A stretch of DNA of 62,062 nucleotides. It comes from Pseudomonadota bacterium. Lineage in GTDB: Archaea > Thermoplasmatota > SW-10-69-26 > JACQPN01 > JAJPHT01. Made by a program: the position numbers and the translations under genes. Numbering within the stretch: position 1 is the stretch's first letter; each line of letters opens with the position of its first letter. The DNA is taken from NCBI GenBank assembly GCA_021325135.1, contig JAJPHT010000003.1, positions 1 to 62,062 on the forward strand, written 5' to 3'. The notes under the pieces are model-generated. The model saw nothing but the letters and a program-made list of their open reading frames with translations. It was not told the origin of the DNA and ran no database searches. Positions 1 to 8,010 of the stretch are shown piece by piece.

Positions 1-2
1 AG

Positions 3-443
3 CGCCTGCTGGAGCGCTATCAGCACGTCTTCAACGACGTCCTGGAGCTGGAGTGGCGCATCGCCAGCGTCACGCCCTTCTACATGAGCCACAGCGGCAT
101 GGGCGACGTCGCCAGCGCGGAGGGCGAGAAGCGCAAGGAGAAGACCCTGGCCGACGCTCCGGAAACCGGCACCCTGGACTTCGAGGCGTGGCTCCCCTAC
201 CGCGGCAGCCGCGAGGATTCGGAGTGGCTGGAGTTCCAGAACCTCAGCATCGTCGGCAAGAAGTACACCGACGCGTTCAACATCAAGGGGCAGAAGGCGG
301 ACCTCTGGAGCGGGTGCAGCGGCATCGGCCTGGAGCGCTGGACCGTCGCCTTCCTCTCGCAGAAGGGGCTCGACCCCGAGAGGTGGCCCGCCGAGTTCCG
401 CAAGCGCGTGGGCAAGCTCCCCGAGGGCATCACGTTCCTCTAG
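3..443 (+). CDS. serS: Seryl-tRNA synthetase, type 2 (methanogen-type), C-terminal part (5' truncated by window)
   Basis: [19 protein letters not shown]...[32 protein letters not shown] matches class II motif 3 and the C-terminus typical of methanogen-type SerRS. Confidence 0.9.
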   Translation, partial: RLLERYQHVFNDVLELEWRIASVTPFYMSHSGMGDVASAEGEKRKEKTLADAPETGTLDFEAWLPYRGSREDSEWLEFQNLSIVGKKYTDAFNIKGQKADLWSGCSGIGLERWTVAFLSQKGLDPERWPAEFRKRVGKLPEGITFL

Positions 444-457
444 ATGCTCGTGTCGTC

Positions 458-486
458 GCGCGCAAAATGGGGGGTTTCAGGGGGGC
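458..486 (+). repeat. Left imperfect terminal inverted repeat (GCGCGCAAAATGGGGGGTTTCAGGGGGGC)
   Basis: Aligns with the reverse complement of 26409-26436 (GCGCGCAAGGGTGGGGGGTTCGGGGGGC). Confidence 0.5.
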
Positions 487-548
487 TCGCCCCCCTGACG
501 TGAAGTCGTCGGATCCAAGGGATGAAAACGTCAGGGGGCTTCGCCCCC
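477..548. repeat. Two related GC-rich hairpins (TCAGGGGGGCTCGCCCCCCTGA; TCAGGGGGCTTCGCCCCC)
   Basis: 9-bp perfect stem at 477-498; second near-identical unit at 531-548; the two can also pair with each other via CCCCTGACGT/ACGTCAGGGG. Confidence 0.7.
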
Positions 549-687
549 AAAGGGGTACGGGGCAACGGGTCGGCCAACGCCCCGCGACTAGTCGGGTTCC
601 CCGGGCTCCCGGGGGCCTGACTGGTTCCGGTGCCTGGTTCCGGCTCCAGCGGGCAACGGTTTTCGCGTGCGAAGGAGCGATGAAGAC

Positions 688-1113
688 ATGCCGACTCCCG
701 AGCACCAGACCCCCGCCGAGTACCAAGCCCAGCGCCGCCAGCAGGCCGTGACCCTCTACTTCGCCAGCCCCGAGGAGCGGGCGCGGTTCCGCAAGCTGGC
801 CGCCGACGCGGGCTATTCCCGCGACTTCAGCGGGTGGCTCATCCAGAAGGTGATTCACGCCACCAGCGGCCACCTGTACCCGCCCGGCTACGTTGACGAG
901 CTGAAGGCCGAGAACTCCCGGCTCCGCTCCCGCTTGGAGCAGGCGCGCGACGACATGGAGGATTACCGCGCGCAGCTCCGCGCCCTCCAAGGCGAGCGGG
1001 ATACGGCCGTCGTCCTGCTCGCCGGGCGTCTGCCCGACGGGGAGCAGATCATCAAGCGATACCTCCCCGGCATCCCCCTGGCCGCCGCCGGCTCCCAGGA
1101 GGCGAGCGCGTGA
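688..1113 (+). CDS. Putative ribbon-helix-helix/coiled-coil protein, first gene of integrase operon
   Basis: VTLYFASPEERARFRKLAADAGYSRDFSGWLIQKV is RHH-like; followed by heptad coiled coil; GTGA overlap with next gene. Confidence 0.6.
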   Translation: MPTPEHQTPAEYQAQRRQQAVTLYFASPEERARFRKLAADAGYSRDFSGWLIQKVIHATSGHLYPPGYVDELKAENSRLRSRLEQARDDMEDYRAQLRALQGERDTAVVLLAGRLPDGEQIIKRYLPGIPLAAAGSQEASA

Positions 1114-1682
1114 ACGCCGTTGCCATCGCGCCCGCCGCCCTGCGCGACCTCGTGAGCCGCCTGGAGGCCGCGGCCCGCGCCATCAAGCGCGGCCACCACC
1201 GCGCCGCCGCCCGGAGCATCGCGGGCGCGGCAACGGACCTCGCCAACCTCCCCGACTTCACCGGCGAGCCCGACACCCTGGGGATCGACCGGGCCGACGT
1301 GGGCGCCACCGTCCAGACCCTCGATGCGACGGCCCGCGCGCTCCAGCAGGGGGACGACCGCGGGGCGTCCGTCGCCGTCTCCAAGATCGCCGCGGACCTC
1401 GCCGCCCTGATGGAGCCCAAGGAGGAGCGCGGGAGCTTCGGCCGCTACGAGCTGGCATGGAGCGCCCCCGGAGAGCGCACCGTCTTCCCCGTCGAGCTTC
1501 CCGGCGTGCCGCTGCGCCGCACGTTCCCCACGCACGACGACGCCCGCGCCTGGGCCGCCCTCTCGGACGCCCCCCTCTCCGGGATCGAGGGGCGCCCGCT
1601 GCGCGTGTGGCGCATCCGCGACGCGGCGAAGAAGGGCGACCGCTGGCGCATCCTCCCCGCCGACTGGAGGCTGAGCGCGTGA
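1110..1682 (+). CDS. Hypothetical protein (integrase operon)
   Basis: 190 aa ORF coupled by GTGA overlaps at both ends; normal composition. Confidence 0.7.
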   Translation: MNAVAIAPAALRDLVSRLEAAARAIKRGHHRAAARSIAGAATDLANLPDFTGEPDTLGIDRADVGATVQTLDATARALQQGDDRGASVAVSKIAADLAALMEPKEERGSFGRYELAWSAPGERTVFPVELPGVPLRRTFPTHDDARAWAALSDAPLSGIEGRPLRVWRIRDAAKKGDRWRILPADWRLSA

Positions 1683-3001
1683 GCTTCATTGACCCGCGCC
1701 TCCGCACGCGCGCCCCCGTCGCGCCGGTCGCGGCTCGCGCGCCCAAGCCCAAGACGAACGCCGAGCTTTTCGAGGACTTCTTGGCCTACCTCCCGGGCCG
1801 CCTCGCCACGACCACCGCGGAGAGCTACCGGAATTATGTCCGCGACGCCCTGGCCTACTTCCACACCGAGACGGGCGAGGAAATCCCCGTCCGCGAGTGG
1901 ACAAAGGACCTCGTGTGGGCCTACCTCCACCACGTCGAGCAGAACTATTGCCGCAAGCTGAACAGCTTCACGAGCAAGGAGGGAACGCGCGTCGTCTGCC
2001 TCAACAACGTGTGGATCGGCCACAAGGCGCCGGAGGATGGCCTGGAGTTGTGCCGCACCTGCCCCCTGTTCGAGCGGCCCACCATCGAGAAGCGCATCCA
2101 CGCCCTGAACCGCTGGATGGGCTACCTCGCCAGCCTCGGCTACGTCCCCGTGAACTTCATCCGCGACGTGCTGGCGGAGAACACCCAGGCGACGCCCCGG
2201 CACGCGCGCACCAGCAAGGGCGAGAAGAAGCGAAACCCCACGGTGGCGGAGACGGTCCGCCTCGTGAACGGCACCACGCACCCCATGAAGCGGTTCGTCT
2301 ATGCGGCCAACCTGAAGTGGGGCACGCGCCCCAACGAAATGATGGCCCTGGACCGCTTCGCCAGCTTCGGGCTCCCCACGCCCGAAGGCTGCGCCGAGCC
2401 CCCGGGCTTTGAGACGGCCTTCCGCTACCACCCCGAGGCAAAGGGCTTCGGCCTCGGGGGCCGCCTGGCCTACATTCCCGACCACAAGGGCGCCCTGGAC
2501 AAGCGCCAGGGGAACCGCTGGCTGGTCGTGGACGACGAGCTGAAGCCCCTGCTCCTGGCGGCCTTCGAGTGGTGGGAACGCAAGGTGAAGCGCCACCCGG
2601 ACGGACGCCCCGTCCATACCCGCTTGGTCATCAACGACAAGGGCCGCCCCCTGGCAAACGAGAAAATCGAGCGGATCAACTCCTCATGGTTCTACGCCGA
2701 CGCCGAGCGGTTGGGCCTCATGGTGCCCGGCGACCGAGAGAAGCCCCTCCGGCGCCTGAGCTTCGGCACCGGCCGCCACGGGTTCGAGGCCCTGGTTCAA
2801 GAGCTGGAGCTGGCGCAGGACTGGCAAAACCACATGCGCGGAGACAAGCTGCACGACGCCCGCGGCCACTACTACGTTCCCACGCCCCTTGACATGGAAC
2901 GCAAGTACCTCAAGCACATTCCCACCCTGGGCTTCAGCCCGATCCCCACCACGGACGCGGCGCCGGCCAAGGCGGGGGCGAAGCAGGGGGCGAGCGCGTG
3001 A
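1679..3001 (+). CDS. Tyrosine recombinase / integrase
   Basis: N-terminal SAM-like domain (TAESYRNYVRDALAYF), box I WGTRPNEMMALD, box II GTGRHGF...HMRGDKLHDARGHYY; GTG start overlaps upstream TGA. Confidence 0.88.
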   Translation: MSFIDPRLRTRAPVAPVAARAPKPKTNAELFEDFLAYLPGRLATTTAESYRNYVRDALAYFHTETGEEIPVREWTKDLVWAYLHHVEQNYCRKLNSFTSKEGTRVVCLNNVWIGHKAPEDGLELCRTCPLFERPTIEKRIHALNRWMGYLASLGYVPVNFIRDVLAENTQATPRHARTSKGEKKRNPTVAETVRLVNGTTHPMKRFVYAANLKWGTRPNEMMALDRFASFGLPTPEGCAEPPGFETAFRYHPEAKGFGLGGRLAYIPDHKGALDKRQGNRWLVVDDELKPLLLAAFEWWERKVKRHPDGRPVHTRLVINDKGRPLANEKIERINSSWFYADAERLGLMVPGDREKPLRRLSFGTGRHGFEALVQELELAQDWQNHMRGDKLHDARGHYYVPTPLDMERKYLKHIPTLGFSPIPTTDAAPAKAGAKQGASA

Positions 3002-3357
3002 GCCCCGCCCTGTCCGTGCAGCTCACCCGGGCGGAGGCGCGCGCCATCCATGACCACTTCACGACGCCCAAGGACGTGAAGGAGGAGCCGGCCGCCCGCA
3101 CGCTGCGCGCCAGCCTGGCCCGGCTCCTGGCCGACTGGCACCAGCAGCGCCGCGAGGAGCGCGCGCTCCGCGTGAGCGCCGCCCAGGCGCGCGTGATCCT
3201 GCGCGCCGGCCTCCAGCTCGCCCAGACCGCCCGCCGCTCCCGCATGACGGGCGAGGAGTGCGCCGCGATCCTCACGGCCAGCCGCAAGGCGGAGACGGCG
3301 CTGGAGCTGGCGGCGGAGAAGGAGCGCCGCGCCGCCGCGAAGCGCGCGGGCGACTAG
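2998..3357 (+). CDS. Hypothetical helical protein
   Basis: GTGA-coupled to integrase; internal repeat VQLTRAEARAI / LRVSAAQARVI. Confidence 0.65.
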   Translation: MSPALSVQLTRAEARAIHDHFTTPKDVKEEPAARTLRASLARLLADWHQQRREERALRVSAAQARVILRAGLQLAQTARRSRMTGEECAAILTASRKAETALELAAEKERRAAAKRAGD

Positions 3358-3896
3358 ATCACGGACCCGCCGGCCGACTCGGCCGCGAGGAAGGCGGCCA
3401 CGCCCTCCAGCACGCCGGGGCGCCAGTGGTCCGTGAACAGCCCGTGCCGCCCCGTCCGGGCCAGGTGCGCCGCGAGGGCGGCGGGCTGGATCGCCACGCC
3501 GAAGTAGGCGTCGCCGGGCGGGTCCCACGTCGCATCGACCACGCGGCCCTCAGGCGTGACGCACCAGGCGTGATGCGTGGGGAACCCGCGCAGCGCGTAG
3601 CCCTCGGCGTAGCCCCACCCCTTGCTCTCCGCGAGGGTGGCGGCGTTGGTGAAGCAGTCCCGCGGGGGCATCGTCGGCACGCCCGCGGGCCGCGCCCCTG
3701 CCGGCGCGTCGAAGAAGCGCCCCTGGCCCATCAGGAACGTTTCCAGGCTCCGGGGCGCCTGCTTCGGAGAGATGCGCTCCGCGATGCCGCCCAGGTAGCC
3801 CAGGAGGGCCGTCTCGCCCTCGGTGCGCGCCTCGCGCCGCGGGGGCGGAGCTGGAGCAGTCGGGGGGGAGGGCTTGGCCCTTCGGGGGGCGTGCAT
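3354..3896 (-). CDS. Virus-type protein with putative Cys-His-Asp (transglutaminase/papain-like) triad
   Basis: DCFTNA...YAEGYA...PTHHAWCV...GRVVDATWD. Confidence 0.65.
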   Translation of the reverse strand: MHAPRRAKPSPPTAPAPPPRREARTEGETALLGYLGGIAERISPKQAPRSLETFLMGQGRFFDAPAGARPAGVPTMPPRDCFTNAATLAESKGWGYAEGYALRGFPTHHAWCVTPEGRVVDATWDPPGDAYFGVAIQPAALAAHLARTGRHGLFTDHWRPGVLEGVAAFLAAESAGGSVI

Positions 3897-3949
3897 GGAG
3901 AACGCGACCCGCACGCTTCCGGATCAAGATTGCCCCGCGGTGGGAGGGC

Positions 3950-4051
3950 TTACGCGGGGGAGCCGCACGAGGAGCAGGAGGGGCCGCGGCAGGAGCCCCA
4001 TTCACAGTCCGGGGGCATGAGGGGCGCCTGGCAGCAGGCGGACAAGGGCAT
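3950..4051 (-). CDS. 33-aa zinc-finger-like microprotein
   Basis: MPLSACCQAPLMPPDCEWGSCRGPSCSSCGSPA, translated by hand; below ORF-track cutoff. Confidence 0.45.
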   Translation of the reverse strand: MPLSACCQAPLMPPDCEWGSCRGPSCSSCGSPA

Positions 4052-4127
4052 CGGGATGGATGGCGGCGGCGGGAGCTTGGGCGCGAGCGGGAGGCCGCGC
4101 CGAAGCTACCGCGCGCCCGCCCGGGAT

Positions 4128-4268
4128 TCACCGGGCGGCGTCATCGAGCACCGAGGGAGGAAGGTGAAGGTCCGCCGCGAGGGCGCGGCCCTGCTCCTCG
4201 GTCATCAGGTGGTAGGTGAACACCGCGGCCTTGAGGGCGCGGGCCAGGGCGTGCTCCGTGGGCGTCAC
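4128..4268 (-). CDS. 46-aa hypothetical protein
   Basis: VTPTEHALARALKAAVFTYHLMTEEQGRALAADLHLPPSVLDDAAR; preceded by GGTGA Shine-Dalgarno. Confidence 0.55.
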   Translation of the reverse strand: MTPTEHALARALKAAVFTYHLMTEEQGRALAADLHLPPSVLDDAAR

Positions 4269-4274
4269 GACGGA

Positions 4275-4652
4275 TCACCGCGCGGAGTCGTCGGCGTGGT
4301 GGTCGGTCGCGGAGCCCAGCTCCGACGCCGCGGAGGAGTCGGGCTCCTCCGCGGCGTCGGAGCTGCGGGCGGCGCGGCGCGCGGCCCTGCGCGCCTCCTC
4401 CGCCTGGCGCTTGCGGAGCAGGAACGCGCGGGCGCGGGCGGCGCGGGCGCGCTCCCTGTCGTCCGTGGGCTCCTCCATCGCGCCTTGTCCCTGGAGGGCC
4501 AGCCGCAGGCTGTGACCCCATCCGGGCTTCTGCGCGCGATGGTTCGCGGCCACCTCGGCCTTGCCTAGTTCGTCCTGCAACTCGTCAATCAGGCTCGCCA
4601 CGTCAGGCGGAACCCACTTGGGCACGCGGTAGCTGTCGCTGGGGGTGGTCAT
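4275..4652 (-). CDS. Hypothetical protein
   Basis: 125 aa ORF with GAGGT SD, head of a leftward gene run. Confidence 0.6.
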   Translation of the reverse strand: MTTPSDSYRVPKWVPPDVASLIDELQDELGKAEVAANHRAQKPGWGHSLRLALQGQGAMEEPTDDRERARAARARAFLLRKRQAEEARRAARRAARSSDAAEEPDSSAASELGSATDHHADDSAR

Positions 4653-4874
4653 GGGAACCTCGTTTCTCTCTGCGCCTCCGAAGCCTCTCGGGAAGCGGGC
4701 GACGCGCGCCGGAGGCGTGCAACGCCGGGGTTGCCACCTACGTTCTTTTGGGTGGATATATTGCTTGCGCGGTGGAACCGGGTCTGCACCCGAGAAGATG
4801 GGCCTCTTCTGTCGAAGGCTCGCTAGAGCGTCAAAAGCAGCCTAGTGAAATTGGCTTTGCTTCCGGCGGTGCTA

Positions 4875-6473
4875 TCATCCGTCGCGTTGGCCGCTGGGTT
4901 TCGCCCGATCCAGCGCAGCGCGAACGCGGGGCCGGTCGCGGATGGGCTCAAAGCCTCGCCCCGTCGCCACGTCAACAGGAATATCCCACAAGAGGTCCGG
5001 AGCCTCCAGCGCCGCGACGATGGCCCCCTCTGCGGCGTCGAAATCGCCCAGCAGCAGATAGGACAGCGCGGCGTGGGCCTCCGCGGTTCCTTGCGGGCTG
5101 GGCATGGCGCGGGCGTAGGCCGCAAGCGCCTCCCGGTGGTGATCTAAGCGGGCCAGCGCGAGGCCGTAAGCTTCCCAATGTTCTCGGTTGCTATCGTCGG
5201 CTTGGATGGCATCGTTCCAGAAGGCGAGCGCGGTTTCCCGTAGGCTGCGAACATGGTCGGGATGGGCGGAGGAGGCCATGCGCTCGGCCTCCTCGGCCTT
5301 CATCGCGGCGGCCTCGGCGCGCTCGCGCCGCGAGCTGGGAGCCTCCAGCTCGACGGCCAGGCTGGGCCGTGCCGTGCGCGTCCTGCGATGCCTGCGGGCG
5401 TAGGTGGCCGCGCCCACGCACACGACGGCGGCCAGCGCGATCCCGAGGACAGCGGCCCAGGAGGGACCGGCGACCTCGGCGCGGAAGGGGGCCCGCGCGG
5501 TGCCCTTGAGCGTGGTCTGATCGAGCGAGCCCGTGAGGTCCACCCTCGCGACGGCGTCGCCCGTCTGTGTGGTCGTGGGCGTGAGGGTGGCGCGCAGCGT
5601 CCCGTTCATCGTCGCGGGCGAGCCCGTGGCGGAGTAGGTCAGTCCCGTTGTGTTGACCCAGCCCGCGAGGGGCGAGAAGTCCAAGGAGCCGGCCACCGCG
5701 AGCGTGGGGGGCGCGGTCGCCGCGATCTGGACGCCCGAGGCGTTGTCCAGCGTCACCGTGCCCGCGTCATACTCCAGCGTGACCCACCGCCGGTCTAACT
5801 CCTGCACGGTCGGCGTTTGCGTCGTGGTGTCACCCGTGGGCATCTGTTCGGCGCCTTGGTCGGACTCCAAGAGAACCGTGGAACCCTTGACCTTGAGCAG
5901 CCCGCCCCCCTCGATCATGGCGCGGCCGTAGCCAAGCGTGCCGATCAGGTGCGGGCCTGCCACCGTCTTGATGAAGGCGGGGTCCTTGGGCCCCTCCCAA
6001 TCTGTTACGCTGCCGCCCTCGCCGGGTCCTGGGCTCGCCATGCGGGTCAAGAGCTTGGGCTCCAGCTTCGCGCCCTCCCCGGTGAACGAGACGCTGGCGC
6101 CGCTCGCCGGAACAAACGCCATCCATCCTGATTCGTTTTGGGCGACGACGGCGCGGACGTTGGTGCGTTCGCTGCAAGGGTCCTGCTTGGTGACGGCGGA
6201 ACGCGCGGGGTCGCCTGTCACATTGACGCTAACCCAGCGGTGGAAGTGATAACAGACATTGGCGCGCGGGAGGAATGCAACGGCGTAGGTCTGCGAGGTG
6301 TTGCCGGCGAGGAGCGCCAAGGGATTGAATGCGGCAGTCGTGGCTCCCTGGGCCGCTAGGGGTCCGGTGGTGGATAGGTGGCTGTCCATGAGCGGCGAAC
6401 CGGCCAGGACGGCGGGCAGGGTGAGGAGCCCTGCAAGGAGCAGCGTAACTCCTTGCCCTCCCGTCACCCGCAT
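4875..6473 (-). CDS. Single-pass membrane protein: signal peptide, beta-rich extracellular domain, TM helix, cytoplasmic TPR-like domain (putative receptor)
   Basis: Signal peptide MRVTGGQGVTLLLAGLLTLPAVLA; TM WAAVLGIALAAVVCVGAATYA followed by RRHRR; TPR-like HWEAYGLALARLDHHREALAAYARA; homologous to 58291-59730. Confidence 0.8.
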   Translation of the reverse strand: MRVTGGQGVTLLLAGLLTLPAVLAGSPLMDSHLSTTGPLAAQGATTAAFNPLALLAGNTSQTYAVAFLPRANVCYHFHRWVSVNVTGDPARSAVTKQDPCSERTNVRAVVAQNESGWMAFVPASGASVSFTGEGAKLEPKLLTRMASPGPGEGGSVTDWEGPKDPAFIKTVAGPHLIGTLGYGRAMIEGGGLLKVKGSTVLLESDQGAEQMPTGDTTTQTPTVQELDRRWVTLEYDAGTVTLDNASGVQIAATAPPTLAVAGSLDFSPLAGWVNTTGLTYSATGSPATMNGTLRATLTPTTTQTGDAVARVDLTGSLDQTTLKGTARAPFRAEVAGPSWAAVLGIALAAVVCVGAATYARRHRRTRTARPSLAVELEAPSSRRERAEAAAMKAEEAERMASSAHPDHVRSLRETALAFWNDAIQADDSNREHWEAYGLALARLDHHREALAAYARAMPSPQGTAEAHAALSYLLLGDFDAAEGAIVAALEAPDLLWDIPVDVATGRGFEPIRDRPRVRAALDRAKPSGQRDG

Positions 6474-6669
6474 AGTGGCCCCGGCAACGGCCAAGTCCTG
6501 CTTGGCCTTATCCGTCCAAGGACTCCCCCGATTCACAACTAACCTACACAAAACCGCTGGCGGGGGGTGAATCGGTTCAGTTTTCACTCGGGATTTCCTG
6601 TGAAATTCGGGGAGGCACGCCGCGGCGCGAACCATTATCCGCGCCCAGGCGGCTCCTGGCGTGTTCCCC

Positions 6670-6999
6670 ATGATCGCCCGTCCTGCGCTCGGCGCCCTCA
6701 TGGTCGCGCTCCTTGCCGTCGCGCCTCTCGCGCTGGCCGACCCGGACCCTGGCAACGCGACGCCCCAGGCAGTCGTGAGCACGGCGCAGTCGTGCGCTGG
6801 CGTCGATCCGGGTCCGCCCCCTGCGCTCGTGGGTTCCTGCTGGAACGCTGCCGTCGCCTTCGGTGCGGAGGTCATCCTGCCCACGGAACTTGCGGGCGTC
6901 ATGCTCACTTGTTACGACGTGGATTATGGGCCACCCCCCAACGTCGTCTGGGGGCCGTGTGCTGCCGCTGCCCTGAACCTCACGGGCCTTCCCCCCTAA
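6670..6999 (+). CDS. Small secreted protein with two disulfide-loop repeats (putative signal peptide precursor)
   Basis: Signal peptide ending ALA; repeats SCAGVDPGPPPALVGSC and TCYDVDYGPPPNVVWGPC. Confidence 0.75.
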   Translation: MIARPALGALMVALLAVAPLALADPDPGNATPQAVVSTAQSCAGVDPGPPPALVGSCWNAAVAFGAEVILPTELAGVMLTCYDVDYGPPPNVVWGPCAAAALNLTGLPP

Positions 7000-7015
7000 T
7001 CGCTGGGCTCGCCTG

Positions 7016-7597
7016 TCACCGTCGTGCTTGGTTGGCCTCTTGCTGAATCCTGAGCGCCAGCGTGGCGACCTTGCGCCCCAGCGCGGTTAGCCGTATGCGG
7101 ACGTAGGGAACGCGGTTCTCTAGGCCCTGCTCGACCGTCACAAGGTCTAGCGCGACGATGCGGGCGCGCAGCTTGCCGGCGGGTCCGTACCCCAGCTCCA
7201 GGGCGGAGCGGAGAGCCGCGCTGTTCGTCACCGCGGGCTCGTTCGTCAGGACCACCACGAGCGCGAGGAGCGCGCGGGGCTCCTCCGTGATCCCCGGGAC
7301 CAGGGCCTCTATCTCGGCGGCGAGGTCCGCCACGCGGCGCCCGGCCTCGGTCAAGCGGACGGGGATCGGCTTGCGCTCCTCCTCCGTCTCGACCAGGCGC
7401 CAGGCGGCGAGGTCCATGCGCAACTCCGCGCTGTCCTTCTCGGCCGAGTAGCCGGTCCCGTTGTGGAAGCCGGTGGCGGTCGTCTCCTCGGGGTAGATGC
7501 TCCGGAGGTGGAGCAGGCCGCGGAACACCCGCGGACGCAGAAGAATGTCCCGCAGGTGGCCGCCCTCCCTCCTAGCGGCAGGCTTGGGGTCGGGCAA
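7016..7597 (-). CDS. Tandem winged-helix (MarR-like) transcription regulator
   Basis: Two wing motifs: PVRLTEAGRRVA and RIRLTALGRKVA; start codon uncertain (TTG). Confidence 0.7.
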   Translation of the reverse strand: MPDPKPAARREGGHLRDILLRPRVFRGLLHLRSIYPEETTATGFHNGTGYSAEKDSAELRMDLAAWRLVETEEERKPIPVRLTEAGRRVADLAAEIEALVPGITEEPRALLALVVVLTNEPAVTNSAALRSALELGYGPAGKLRARIVALDLVTVEQGLENRVPYVRIRLTALGRKVATLALRIQQEANQARR

Positions 7598-7697
7598 ACG
7601 CTTTTCCCAATAAGCGGGCTTCCGATGCAGTAGTCAACGGGAAGCCTGTTTGCATGGGGATGCCTGAGACGTGCCACGAGGGGAAGCCCCCTGCCGC

Positions 7698-7979
7698 ATG
7701 GCCGGGACGGGTGATCTAGTGCGGCAAGGGCGCGCCCTGGGGCGGGCTCGCGTTGGCTACCGCTGGGCCCCGGCAGGGACCACGACGTTCCTGACCCCTG
7801 CCGAGGCCGCGGCGGTCTTCCCCTTCGTCAACGCGGCGATCACGGGCAGCGGGACCGCGCTCATGGGGGGCGACGGGGCGGCGCTCATGTCCGCCCATCG
7901 CAAGCTCGACGCTGGCCGTAGCCACGTCCCGCCCAGCCCACGCCTGGTTCACATTCCTGGGGGGACAGGCCGGGCATGA
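7698..7979 (+). CDS. Hypothetical protein
   Basis: Short ORF divergent from the wHTH gene; no motif recognised. Confidence 0.35.
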   Translation: MAGTGDLVRQGRALGRARVGYRWAPAGTTTFLTPAEAAAVFPFVNAAITGSGTALMGGDGAALMSAHRKLDAGRSHVPPSPRLVHIPGGTGRA

Positions 7980-8010
7980 CGGCTCTAGGCGAGAGCGGGG
8001 GGCCGGAGTA

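Noticed and set aside
444-690. tRNA gene as integration target
   Set aside because: No T-loop GTTCRA consensus or cloverleaf on either strand; only GC-rich hairpins
1457-1678. N-terminal extension of the integrase in the ORF track
   Set aside because: Arg/Pro-rich shadow of the upstream gene; the GTG at 1679 matches the operon coupling pattern
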